DNA of 63,785 nucleotides, filler included, from Octopus bimaculoides (taxonomy: Eukaryota): assembly GCF_001194135.2 (NCBI RefSeq). It is 6 parts of 6 records of this genome, joined end to end, with 100 filler letters (N's around TTAATTAATTAA, not from the genome) between each part and the next. Parts side by side here need not be neighbours in the genome. Positions count along the whole stretch, not along the records: positions 21,999 to 50,505 come from NC_068985.1; 5 more parts are not named here. One strand, given 5' to 3'. The notes under the pieces were generated by a model that did no database searches, was not told where the DNA came from, and saw only the letters and a program-made list of their open reading frames with translations. Position numbers and translations under genes: made by a program. Numbering within the stretch: position 1 is the stretch's first letter; the number at the start of each line of letters is the position of its first letter. Positions 37,725-49,472 of this stretch are shown here, one piece after another.

Positions 37725-37965
37725 ACTCTTTTACTTGTTTCAGTCATTTGACTGCGGCCATGCTGGAGCACCACCTTTAGTCGAGCAAATCGACCCCTGG
37801 ACTTATTCTTTGTAAGCCTAGTACTTATTCTATCGGTCTCTTTTGCCGAACCGCTACGTTACGGGGACGTAAATACACCAGCATCGGTTGTCAAGCGATG
37901 TTGGGGGGACAAAAACATATATATGTACATATACATATATACGACGGGCTTCTTTCAGTTTCCGT
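37725..37965 (-). mobile_element. SINE family B copy lacking its head, abutting an RTE element
   Basis: actgcggccatgctggagcacc...acgacgggcttctttcagtttccgt, then RTE sequence. Confidence 0.85.
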
Positions 37966-39830
37966 GCTCTCTCAAAGGTATCGACCCCCTCCTTAACCTG
38001 CTTACTCTCTCTGTGGCGATGACAGGCATTGCTCTCCCAGTCAGTCTCTTGCATATCGCAGACCTTTAATGAGGACACAGTCCTTAAATTGCAGCCTTGG
38101 TTTCTGCCGGGGTCTCTTCCATTCACAAGTTCCCCATATAGCATCTACTTAGGGATCCTGCTATCCTTCATTCTAATAAGTCCAACGTGCACCATCATCT
38201 CAATACTCAAGATATCAGCTGTCCTCAGGACCTGTGTGTCTGGAGTTTTTTAAGGTCCAGCCAACATTGAGAATGTGTCTGAGACATCTCTGATGAAAGC
38301 ATTCAAGGACCCTTACATGATGTTTGTAAAGGGTCCATGTCTCACATGAGTAAAGGCGCGATGTCAGTACACATGCACGGTACACAGCAATTTTTGTTTG
38401 CTTTGTGATGCCATACTGGGACCAGGCATGAGACTGAAGAGCCCGGAAGGAATCAATTGCTCTCTGCAGCCTTTAAGAAATTTCATCAGCCAGGGAGCAG
38501 GAACGGTTCAATGTGCTGTCCATGTAGACAAACTTGTCTACCACTTTCAGTATTGTTCTTCCAACCAAGATAACTGTTTCCACATATGAATTTTCTGGTT
38601 CAGGTTTGTCTAGCTTAATGCTGAGTCTAAATGCTTTGCAAGAAGCAGAAATATGATTCATATGTATTTGCATGTCATCCACTGTTTGAGTGACTAAGTC
38701 ACAGTCATCTGCATAAAGGAGGTCGCGAATAAGAGACTGGAAAACTTTTGAATTGGCAGCAAATCGGCGCAGATAAAAGAGGCGGCCAGAAAATAGATAC
38801 CTGACATATATTCCTAGAGAGCTAACCTTAGCAAAAACACGAGTAAAAGCAGCAGCAATGTACAAAGAAAAGGGAGTTGGGACAAGAATTTTACCCTGCT
38901 TGTCACCACTCTCTACAAGAATGGGTCCCGCCATGCCACCACCAACATTGACTCGAGCCACCATCCCATCATGAAATGATTTAATTATAGATACAAAGTG
39001 ATCCGGACATCTACGTTTGCCAAGTATTTTCCATAGCAAGGCCTTATTCACAGTATCAAAGGCGTTGGTTAAATCAATGAATACCTGAACAAGATCCAAA
39101 TTCTGCTCATAGCACTTCTCCTGCATCTGTCTTGCTGTGAAGATCAGATCCATTGTCCCTCTACCAGATCGGAAGCCACATTGGGATTCAGATAGGACAT
39201 CACTTACGAGACACCCATTCAGGCGGGTAAGAATATTTGCCAAAACCTTGCCAACAGCTGATAGTAAAGCAATAGCTCTGTAGTTACCACACATTTTTCT
39301 GGCTCCTTTTCCTATATAGAAAGGAAGAATAATTGCATCCTTCCTGTCCTTAGGCATTACACCATCCCTCTAGACTACACTAAGTTCATGAAGGGACTGT
39401 ATGATGTAATCACCACCAAATCGAAAGACCTCAGCACAAATTCCATCACATCCAGGTGCCCTACCAACATTCAATTTACTTATTGATGTCATTACCTCAA
39501 CTTTTGAGGGCGTAGGATTTAAGGAGCCAATAATAGGTCTTTGTTGCATAGTATCACTCATTGTTTCATCCACAACTGACTCATGGTTTAGGAGTTCACA
39601 GAAGTGTTCAATCCAGCGACCTGTGATTTCTGCTGATTTAGTAACTAGAGCAGAAGACTCCTTGGAAAGCAAAGGAGCTGATGCGGAGGTCTTAGGCCCA
39701 TAAACTTGCTTCATAAGATGGTAAAGATTCTTGCTGTCATTTGCCTCGGCAACAGCCTGAACATCACGAGCAAGATGCTCCCTCCAAGTGTTCTGCATCT
39801 TCCTGAGAGATCGCTGCAGTAGTGATTTTA
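37966..39830 (-). mobile_element. RTE-clade (BovB-like) LINE, 5'-truncated, frameshifted reverse transcriptase
   Basis: GNYRAIALLSAVGKVLA, SESQCGFRSGRGTMDLIFTARQMQEKC, FIDLTNAFDTV, LLYADDCDL, and C-terminal LYGEL..GR. Confidence 0.93.
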
Positions 39831-41306
39831 CACTACTGTGTGTATGTATGTGCGTGTGTATGTATGTGCGTGTGCATGTATGTGCGTGCGTATTGTATAT
39901 CAAACCCAAGCTGTTATATTTAATTTGTTGATCCGCATAACTGCCTCCATCTTATGCTCGTAATGCACCAAAGTGCTATAATGGAGTCTGTTACACTTTG
40001 TTCATGTGACCGGAACAACAGTCTAAAGAAAACGGTCCCACTGCTTCTTGCAGTCGAACACCTTGTTCAGTCCTTCATCATTTCATCCGTTTAATATTTT
40101 TATCCTCCATTTCTTTATTCCTTTTTCCCTATACCTTTTGCTCTCACTTTCTCTTTCTCTCTCTCTCTTTCTCTCTCTCTCTCTTTCTCTCCCTCTCTCT
40201 TTCTCCCTTCTCACTCAATCTCTTTCATTCTCTATACTTTTTGAACAGGATCTCCAAAATGTCCTTCCCCAAGGTAATGGAAGTAACCCTTCGATTCTTG
40301 GTCATGCCGTCTACCTCATAATAATAGAATTATATTTCTTTCTATAAAATGAGTTTTTTCCTAAAGCTTTAGGTTCAACACCACTAAAATCAACCCTATG
40401 GCTGCGATATGTTGATGACACCTTTGTACTCTGGCCCCACCAGGAAGATGTCCAAGTACTGTTAGACCATGTGAACTCACAATGGAAAAGGAAAAATTCA
40501 ATCAGCTAGCATTCCTGGACGTATTAATAACACGCACCAAGTATGGATTCAAGACAACCGTATACCGCAAGCTGACCTTCACTGGGCGATACCTTAACTT
40601 CAATTCCCACCATCCATACAGTGTAAAGAGAGGGATTGCTCAGTGCCTAAAACATCGAGCAAAGAACGTAGGCAGCGATCGTGATCCCCACCACGAAGAA
40701 ATGATCAAGCTCAGTAACAATCTATTAAGCAACAATTACCCCCAAAACATACTATCTACTCTAATTATGAAAAGAGAGGATGAAACCAATGAACTGTCTA
40801 TAGTCTGTCTACCCTATGTGAAAGGCCTCTCCGAAAAGATACAAAAGATATGCGGCCCATATGACATCAGGACAGTATTCAAGAGTAATACAACACTTCG
40901 CAAATATCTCTTTCGAGTAAAACCACCAATAGAAGAGAATATGACCAAAAACTGCGTGTACTCCATCCCATGCAGCTGTGGTAATTTATACAAAAGCGAA
41001 ACATGCCACCTCCTCAAAATAAGGGTAGACGAACATCGCAAACCTGTGACACGAGGAGATATTGATAAATTGGGTATAGCTGATCATGTATGGAAAAATG
41101 GAGACCACTTCCCCCCTGTGGGATAAAGTTAAAATAATAGACAGAGAACACCACTGGAAAATACGAAAACTAAAAGAAGCAGCACAGACACAACCTCCTA
41201 AGCTGACCGAGTGCAGATATAAATAGCATATGGGAACCGGTATTAAGGAAGGATAGGAAAATATTAGATTTATAAGCCCTAAAATTTCACTCCATAATTG
41301 CCCACG

Positions 41307-41347
41307 TGCTTATGGCGTAGTGGTTAAGAGCGCGGGCTACTAACCCC

Positions 41348-41348
<1 letters not shown>
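41307..41348 (+). mobile_element. tRNA-like head (A-box half) in the Penelope 3' region, followed by (AAT)n
   Basis: tggcgtagtggttaagagcgcgggctactaacccc; a fuller minus-strand copy with the B box lies at 47357-47422. Confidence 0.75.
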
Positions 41349-41393
<45 letters not shown>

Positions 41394-41439
41394 TCGAAAA
41401 ATACCTTAGGAATGAGAACCCATGTTCAAATTTCCCCAA

Positions 41440-41484
41440 AACACCTGATGAGGCTGGAGGGTATATCAGCCGAAACGTTGTGTT
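41440..41484 (+). ncRNA. Minimal type I hammerhead ribozyme
   Basis: AACAC-CTGATGA-GGCTG-gagggtatat-CAGCC-GAAAC-GTT-GTGTT: intact core, 5-bp stems I and II, loopless palindromic stem III (ACGT). PLEs are known to carry such ribozymes. Confidence 0.85.
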
Positions 41485-42243
41485 AACAACAAACAAGATG
41501 AGGACAAATATCCATCAAATGTAAATAATGTAAATGATGTAAATAAAGTCCATAAGTTATTGTTATTTGCCACAGCAGATGAAAGGTTTTCTGATGGTAT
41601 TACTGCTTGTACATTTGAATAATTATTAGGGTTTGATTGGTCCCCTTCGATGGCGAGCGGGAGAGCAGATATGAGTAAATCAGCAAGGTTTTAATAGAAG
41701 GAATAACATGAGACTAGCCATGACAGCCAGTCAGCAATCCAAGTGTGTAACAAAGAGGTTACGGAGGAGCGATAGAAAGACAGGTGGAGGAAACAGCACG
41801 TCTATTAACCAGAGGTAGCGTGGACTAGTTTGCGGCACCATACTGGTCGGTTTGTGTTTTATTGTATGTTTTTAGTACTGTGTAGTACAAAGTATTACTC
41901 TTCCACGTAAGAGCCAACAGAAAGCTACAATTTTATTTTTTCAGATTTTATCAATTGTAATCCAGCAAAGTGTCTTCCTTTCCAAATTGATCCATGCGAG
42001 TGCACGAAATATTATAGCTGTAGTAATCGGATGAATTGTAGCGAAGGTACAACTGCGCAAAATGAAACCTGTGGCCATTATGATAAACAATGCCAGAATA
42101 ATCCTTGGTTACGATGCGGCATCAATATTCCATGTAAGTAATGCAATCTATAACATTACATTGAATTACGCAACTACTTATTAATCCAATACTCAATCGT
42201 AAGTACCGCATGCGCACACACATACACACACATATACACATAA

Positions 42244-42277
<34 letters not shown>

Positions 42278-42419
42278 ATATATAAATATATGCATGTAGG
42301 GTCGAAGATAACTATGTATGCTTGTACGTATGTATATATGTATATAGCATGTACGTATATATAAGTGTGAATGTGTGTGTGTGTTTGTGAGTTTTATATA
42401 TATATATAATAATAATAAT

Positions 42420-42552
42420 AATTGATGTATCAATACCAGCAGATGACAACGTTTCCCTAAAAGAAATGGAAAAACTTTCAAAATACAAATACCTGGAAAT
42501 AGAGGTAACTCGAATGTGGAATCTAAAAACAGAAACAATTCCTATCATAGTA
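42420..42552 (+). mobile_element. Short R4/Dong-like endonuclease fragment after a (TAA)n run
   Basis: IDVSIPADDNVSLKEMEKLSKYKYLEIEVTRMWNLKTETIPII; close to the reverse complement of 930-1060. Confidence 0.88.
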
Positions 42553-43059
42553 TATATATAAAGATTATGAAGGGTAATGGAGTCAACCAGGCCCTAAAGA
42601 TACAGGTGCTGAACTCTTAAATATATTAATTTGTCACTGTTGGAGAACTGAGAACATAAATTGCCGGAAATAAATGCCGCTAAGCATTTTATTCGATGCG
42701 CTCACGGTTCTGTCAGCCCTCTGCCTTAATAGGCAAAAAGACAGTAAATTGTAGGGGATGGAGGGCAACTAGATTACATCGACCACAGTCACTATTTTGT
42801 CGACCCCGGCAGAATTTGAACTTGGAACGTAGAAGAAATGTCGGTAATCATTTTCTCCGACGCACTAACAAGTCTGCTTGCTAGCCATATGATAATAATC
42901 CTATCAAGACTGAATTGATGCCATTTTAGTCTCCTTCATAAATCGGGGCCAAAGTATCTGTGTGGTAATTTTCGCGGGATTTCGCTTTTGTTTGTGCTTG
43001 GAAAGGTACTTACCCGCATTTTGTTAGAACGTTAAAATATCTTCGTAGTTCCAAATATA

Positions 43060-43565
43060 GTGCCTGAGTCTCAGTGTGGTTTTCGTTCCTCCAAGGGCAC
43101 AGCTGGTTGTATCTTTACTATCAGACAAGTACATTGAACAGAATCTTGCCCTATACCATTGCTTTGTTGATTTGAGCAAAGCATTCGATACTGTGGCTAA
43201 TTCTAAGGAAAATAGGTTGCCCAGAGAAATGTATAAACATGATCAGGGCTTTGCATCAAGATATGAAAGCTAGAGTTAATTTTAGATGTAAGCTCTCTGG
43301 ATCTTTTGCCGTGGAAAATAGAGTAAAGCAAGGAGACCTTGATGCACGCACCCTCTTTTCTGTTGTGTTGTCACACGCTTTTCAAAACTCTGAGGAGGGT
43401 ATTTACATAGAATATCAAACAGCAGGGTATGTTTTTAATCTGACCAGCCTGAAATTCAAAGCGAAAGTTTTTACTTCATTAGGGAACTTCTTATACGCTG
43501 ACGATTGCGATCTTGTTAGTCTGCAATCTCTTGTATCTGCATTTGACTCAGCTTGTAATCATTAA
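43060..43565 (+). mobile_element. RTE-clade RT fragment
   Basis: CFVDLSKAFDTV, IRALHQDMKARV, VKQGD, FLYADDCDLV. Confidence 0.85.
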
Positions 43566-44715
43566 TTGATCTTTACAGCCGTATGAGCCCTTGCAGCATC
43601 CCTTCTGCTCTCCTGGAAACAGGTTGTTTTCTTCCAGGTGCTTACTCAATCTCTGTGATATTATTGCAGTAAAGGTTTTGTAGATTGTAGGGAGACAGGT
43701 TATAGGTCGGTAGTTTTGTGGTTTTTCAGTTTCCGTGGATTTGGGAATTAGGATGGTTTTCCCTTTCGTAAGCCATTCAGGCATTGTCTCTGATTCTGCT
43801 AGTATGTCGTTAAAGTTTTCAGCCAGCTTTTTGTGTATTCCTGTCAGATATTTTAACCAGAAGTTGGGGATCTTGTCGTGCCCAGGTGCCTTCCAGTTGC
43901 TTAGTCTTCGCAGTGCCTGAATGACCTCTTCAATTGTTATAGGGGTCCAGAGTTGCTCAGGTGCTAAGTTCGTTGTTTTAATAGTCCTTTTCTGGCGTTG
44001 TTCCTTCACCGACCATATTTCTTTCCAAAATTCTTCCACTTCTTCTGCTGTTGGTGCTGCAGTAATGTCTATTTTATTTTTGTCAAGTTCTTGGTAGAAT
44101 TTTTGGGGGCTGGAGTTGAACTGTTTGTTTTGTTCAAAGAAACGTTGGCGTTTCTCATATCGGCGGATCCTTTGTGCTTTCGCAAGGATATCTTGCTTTA
44201 GCTTTTCTTTTACCTCAGGTAAATCTTTTCTGTAATGTTGTATTTGCACAGTATTTTTGTTTTCTTCTTGTTACTTAGTAGTATTGATTGCCAACTAATT
44301 TCGTTAAGAATCGACAAATCGTTTCTCTTTAAAATTTTTTTGGTGGGAGGGATATTATTTATCCACAGGGTTTGTTTGGGTGGTGGAACTCCTGTTTGGA
44401 TGGGTTTGAGGGAGTATCCTGCTTCTTTTGTGGCTGCAGTGGCTGCTGCATATATTATGTCATTTAGCTCAGTGATATTACCATTTGTTTCTGTGGCTAT
44501 TAGTTCCGTGACGGCCAGGTTTATGTTATTTATTATTGATGTTGTTTTATTGTCTACTTTGATTTTTGGGAGGTATAATCGGTGGTCCATTCTGAGATCT
44601 GTGGTTTTCAGTTCTTTGATTATTCTCTTTTTTATAGTATCATAATCATTTTCTAAACAGTAGCTTTTGACCGGTAAGAAGAATGTTATTTCCCTGACAT
44701 ATTTCATCCGGTTTA
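43566..44715 (-). mobile_element. R4/Dong-like retrotransposon, N-terminal region and first RT domains
   Basis: NWKAPGHDKIPNFWLKYL, PEWLTKGKTILIPK, PQNYRPITCLPTIYKTFT, EQKGCCKGSYGCKDQL. Confidence 0.92.
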
Positions 44716-44802
44716 ATCGTAATTTATACGCATATATTGTTTATATAATAAATTACGCTGTGCGTATCTGTGTGTGTATATTTTTCCCATAACCTCACTC
44801 AT

Positions 44803-44891
44803 AACCCTAACCCTAACCCTAACCCTAACCCTAACCCTAACCCTAAGCCCAACCCTAACCCTAACTCTAAAACCCGAACCCTAACCCTAAA
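44803..44891. repeat. Interstitial (CCCTAA)n telomere-type repeat, degenerate
   Basis: About 14 units with variants. Confidence 0.93.
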
Positions 44892-45849
44892 CTAGAGTTT
44901 GATTTGAAGAAGATTCGGTTGCTATTTCTAGGAAATGGAACACTTGGTGGAGGTGCATTAATAATTTTGGTAGCTCCAATAACAAGTGCAGGCAATATTC
45001 AAGTATTTTGATGGCTCTTTCCCCTTTGTTTACGAACAGTCTAGTTAATCGGAGATGCCAGAACTAACGGGGGTTAATACCATATACACCGTTACAGCAC
45101 TTACTGTTTTCAACTGAATAGACGTCAGTGATTAGTTGAAATTATCGAAATAAGACAATTTTTAACGTGAAATAACTTCGAATACAAAATTTATTATCTG
45201 TTCTATACCACAAAATATACAAGTATACGAAGTTTGAAAGTGTTTCGGTACCAAAAACACTACATAAAAAAATGTTGCTCGTCAGATCACAAGGGTCCTT
45301 TTCCTGATGTATTTTTCCTTTTAATTGTTCTATTTCTATTTCTGATATTTTTTATTTTTTTATTTTTTTGCTTTAAGAATATATCTTCGTATGTTAGCTA
45401 GTTTATTAGGGTTCATTGCTGTATCCAAGTCTTTATTTAGGTTATTTTTCTTCCATATTTTATATGTATATGTTAAGTTTTCGGGCATAACTACAGGGTT
45501 TTAACCACCAGACTTTGGGAGGTCATAACTTTCAGAAAAATGAATATTTTTTAATGAAATTTTCTATGCATATAGTATTTACTATGTAGAATCCGAATAT
45601 ACAAAAATTTCCGGTGAAAGTATTTTGGAATCGGGATGGGGGACAATTTTCGGAAATTCCAACAGAGTCCACTTAAATTCTTCTTAACTTCCAGGAAAAT
45701 TAATATTTTTTCGTGAAATTTTCTACAAATATACTTTGATGTATGTACATTTCAAGCATGTAGGAATTTTGAAGGAAACAACTGCAGGTTATTTTTGAGA
45801 AGCGTTCCCCACTCGGTGGTGTTTCGGAGCAAGTCGTCCATATTTGTTT

Positions 45850-47160
45850 CATTTTTCTCTATTATGTGCGTATGTGCATCCGTAGATTTCTAGACAGTGA
45901 AGAGAAGCCGTCATAAGAAAACTTTCGTTAAAAATAACATGCATTCTCAATANNNNNNNNNNNNNNNNNNNNNNNNNNNNNNNNNNNNNNNNNNNNNNNN
46001 NNNNNNNNNNNNNNNNNNNNNNNNNNNNNNNNNNNNNNNNNNNNNNNNNNNNNNNNNNNNNNNNNNNNNNNNNNNNNNNNNNNNNNNNNNNNNNNNNNNN
46101 NNNNNNNNNNNNNNNNNNNNNNNNNNNNNNNNNNNNNNNNNNNNNNNNNNNNNNNNNNNNNNNNNNNNNNNNNNNNNNNNNNNNNNNNNNNNNNNNNNNN
46201 NNNNNNNNNNNNNNNNNNNNNNNNNNNNNNNNNNNNNNNNNNNNNNNNNNNNNNNNNNNNNNNNNNNNNNNNNNNNNNNNNNNNNNNNNNNNNNNNNNNN
46301 NNNNNNNNNNNNNNNNNNNNNNNNNNNNNNNNNNNNNNNNNNNNNNNNNNNNNNNNNNNNNNNNNNNNNNNNNNNNNNNNNNNNNNNNNNNNNNNNNNNN
46401 NNNNNNNNNNNNNNNNNNNNNNNNNNNNNNNNNNNNNNNNNNNNNNNNNNNNNNNNNNNNNNNNNNNNNNNNNNNNNNNNNNNNNNNNNNNNNNNNNNNN
46501 NNNNNNNNNNNNNNNNNNNNNNNNNNNNNNNNNNNNNNNNNNNNNNNNNNNNNNNNNNNNNNNNNNNNNNNNNNNNNNNNNNNNNNNNNNNNNNNNNNNN
46601 NNNNNNNNNNNNNNNNNNNNNNNNNNNNNNNNNNNNNNNNNNNNNNNNNNNNNNNNNNNNNNNNNNNNNNNNNNNNNNNNNNNNNNNNNNNNNNNNNNNN
46701 NNNNNNNNNNNNNNNNNNNNNNNNNNNNNNNNNNNNNNNNNNNNNNNNNNNNNNNNNNNNNNNNNNNNNNNNNNNNNNNNNNNNNNNNNNNNNNNNNNNN
46801 NNNNNNNNNNNNNNNNNNNNNNNNNNNNNNNNNNNNNNNNNNNNNNNNNNNNNNNNNNNNNNNNNNNNNNNNNNTGGGTTAGCAATTAGGTGTTGTGCCA
46901 GGATATCTCGGCAGAAATTGGCCCAATTCACCACAGTGGACCAACTCGCAATTTGTAACTCGTGCATAATTCTCCGCAAGGGTACATCAATCGACCACCA
47001 ATACAAAAAGAGCAGTATTGTTTTCAAAGGCAAATAGAAAAGCGTATTCGACACTGTCGACCAGTACACTTCCAGCTATATCCATCTTGAACTCGCCGAA
47101 ATTTCGAAAATGAACAATTGTGGCCACAGTCACAGACATGCGCTTCTGCTAAAAGTCCAT
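45850..47160 (-). mobile_element. Merlin/ISXO2-like DNA transposase remnant, catalytic core hidden in an N gap
   Basis: ELQIASWSTVVNWANFCRDILAQHLIANP before the gap and IENAC..RKF..G after it resemble ISXO2/IS1595-type transposases. Confidence 0.6.
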
Positions 47161-47180
47161 ATCTTTTCAGCCATTCAATG

Positions 47181-47296
47181 AGGTTTCAGGATCTTTGGAA
47201 ATTTTACACTGAAATTAAATTTATTCTGTTGCCACCTTGGAAGGTTTCAGGATCTTTGGAAATTTTATACTGAAATTAAATTTATTCTGTTGCCAC
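47181..47296. repeat. Direct tandem duplication, 61-bp period, 2 copies
   Basis: aggtttcaggatctttggaaatttta.actgaaattaaatttattctgttgccac occurs twice. Confidence 0.95.
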
Positions 47297-47749
47297 TCAG
47301 GATGAATATTATGCAATGTCCTCCGTTTCGCCTGGTGGATTTGTATGAAATCAGCCGTGACCAGGACCATCGAACTCGGAATCTTGGGGTTAGTAACCTG
47401 CGCTCTTAACCACTATGCCATGTGACTAAACAATTAACAAATAACGTTGACATAACAGGATTTATTTTTATATTGGATACATCTTCAATATTTGTTATCT
47501 TTTAAAGACTAAAGGGAAATTGTGTAACTAACAGATATAACCGTACTACTATTGCTTTATGGTGAAATTACTGTGAAATATTTGCTCTGAACTGAGATTA
47601 ATAGAAACATTTCTCTACTTCATTGTCTGCTGCTCTTGCCTATTAATTAAGCTTAAATGCATTTTTGAAGGTGTTTGCAGCACCTTTTTTTATATTTCAG
47701 TGAAAATCACAGTTGATAATGGATTGGGTTTTTATATTCTTTGTAAAGT

Positions 47750-48121
47750 GAAGGTGCGTGGCTCAGTGGTTAGAGCGCCGAACTTACGACCGTGAGGTTG
47801 TGAGTTCGATTCCCGGACCGGGCTGCATGTTGTGTTCTTGAGTAAAACACTTTATTTCATATTGCTCAAGTTCACTCAGCTGTAGAAATGAGTTGCGACG
47901 TCATTGATGCCAAGATGTATCAGCCTTTGCCTTTCACTTGGATAACATCGGTGGCGTGGAGAGGGGAAGCTGGTATGCATGGGCGACTGCTGGTCTTCCA
48001 TAAACAACCTTGCCCTGACTTGTNNNNNNNNNNTGCTGGTCTTCCATAAACAACCTTGCCCTGACTTGTGTCTCGGAGGGTAACTTTCTAGGTGCAATCC
48101 CATGGTCATTCGTGACCGAAG
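47750..48121 (+). mobile_element. SINE family C copy, near full length
   Basis: A box tggctcagtggttagagc and B box gagttcgattcccgg. Confidence 0.9.
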
Positions 48122-49030
48122 ATATTCCTGTCTCCACTGTGAAATCTGTCGTAAATTTTTCTCTAAAAGTATTTCCTTAACTAGACACGTATTCATACAG
48201 GAGAGAAACCACTTCATTGTAATATCTGTGGTTAATCATTCTCTCAAAATAGTGTCTTAACTATACACAAACGTATTCATACAGGGGAGAAGCCGTCTCA
48301 TTGTAAAATTTGTGGTCAGTCATTCTCTCAACATACTAACTTAAGTCGACAAAAACGTTTTCATTCAGGAGAGAAACCATATCACTGATATCTGTGGTAA
48401 ATCATTCTCTCGAAGTAGTGACTTACATAAACACACACATATTTATACAGGAGAGAAACCTTTTCACTGCAATATCTGTGGTAAATCTTTCTCTCAAAAT
48501 AGTGTCTTAATTACTCACTAACGTATTCATACAGGAGAAAGACCACTGTGACATCTGTAGTAAATCATTCTCTGAAAGTGCTAAGTTAAGTAGACGTAAC
48601 CGTATTCATACAGGAGAGAAACCACATCACTGTGATTTCTGTGGTAAATCATTCTCTGGAAGTAATGATTTAAGGAAACACATACGTATGTATACAGGAG
48701 AGAAACCATTTCGCTGTGATATCTGTGGTAAATCATTCTCTGGAAGTAGAGACTTAATTAAACACAAGCGTATTCGTATAGGTGAGAAGCCATATTACTG
48801 TGATATCTGTAGTAAATCATTCTCTCAAAGGGTTAACCTAACTAAGCACATACGTATCCATACTGGAGAGAAACCATTTCACTGTGATATCTGCAGGAAA
48901 TCATTCTCTGGAAGTGGTGACTTAATCATAATCGTATTCATACAGGGGAGAAACCATATTTATGTGATATCTGAGGTAAATCATTTGCTCAAAAGTGCAA
49001 CTTAACTTCGCATATATCTATTCATACAAA
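48122..49030 (+). pseudogene. Decayed C2H2 zinc-finger array (about 11 fingers, ~84-bp period)
   Basis: Repeated CDICGKSFS...[10 protein letters not shown] units; in-frame stops (TAA at 48229 and 48529) and indels; only 48688-49005 is open. Confidence 0.92.
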
Positions 49031-49472
49031 AGTGTGACTATCTTTGTCAGAATTGATTACTACTCAAAACAACAACAAACACTTCAAGATCATTTTCATA
49101 GGTAAGTCATGAATTAACCTTATGGATTTAACAGTAATCGATGAACCCAGGACAAAATAGATACTCATGGTTTACTTGTTGACTTATTGTTTTCCAGCCA
49201 GTTGCCCTTCCTCAGTTTGCTTCTTTTAATAATCTCTTACGGGAGATACATGTAATTTATTCGTAGACATGCTCTTTGTTAAAATTCATTATATTTAAAA
49301 AATAACTTGTAAACTATAAATGTATTCATGTCGGAAAGAAGATATAGCAAGGAGAAAACAAGCTGCTATTGCTATATTTTTATATAACCACAGCTATATC
49401 TACATTAGTGACATGGTGTATTATTGTAATATTTTTTAAATAAAAGCATACTTATATATATTCCAAAAACCG

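Larger units (their letters stand above)
40320..41530 (+). mobile_element. Penelope-like element remnant (RT C-terminal part, GIY-YIG endonuclease, 3' region)
   Basis: LWLRYVDDTFVLW, LAFLDVLI...VYRKLTFTGRYLNFNSHHP, VYSIPCSCGNLYKSET...IRVDEHR. Confidence 0.92.

Noticed and set aside
44803-44891. True telomere
   Set aside because: Short, degenerate and flanked by ordinary sequence on both sides.
47985-48070. Duplicated 36-bp segment either side of 10 Ns
   Set aside because: Typical unmerged contig overlap inside a SINE.
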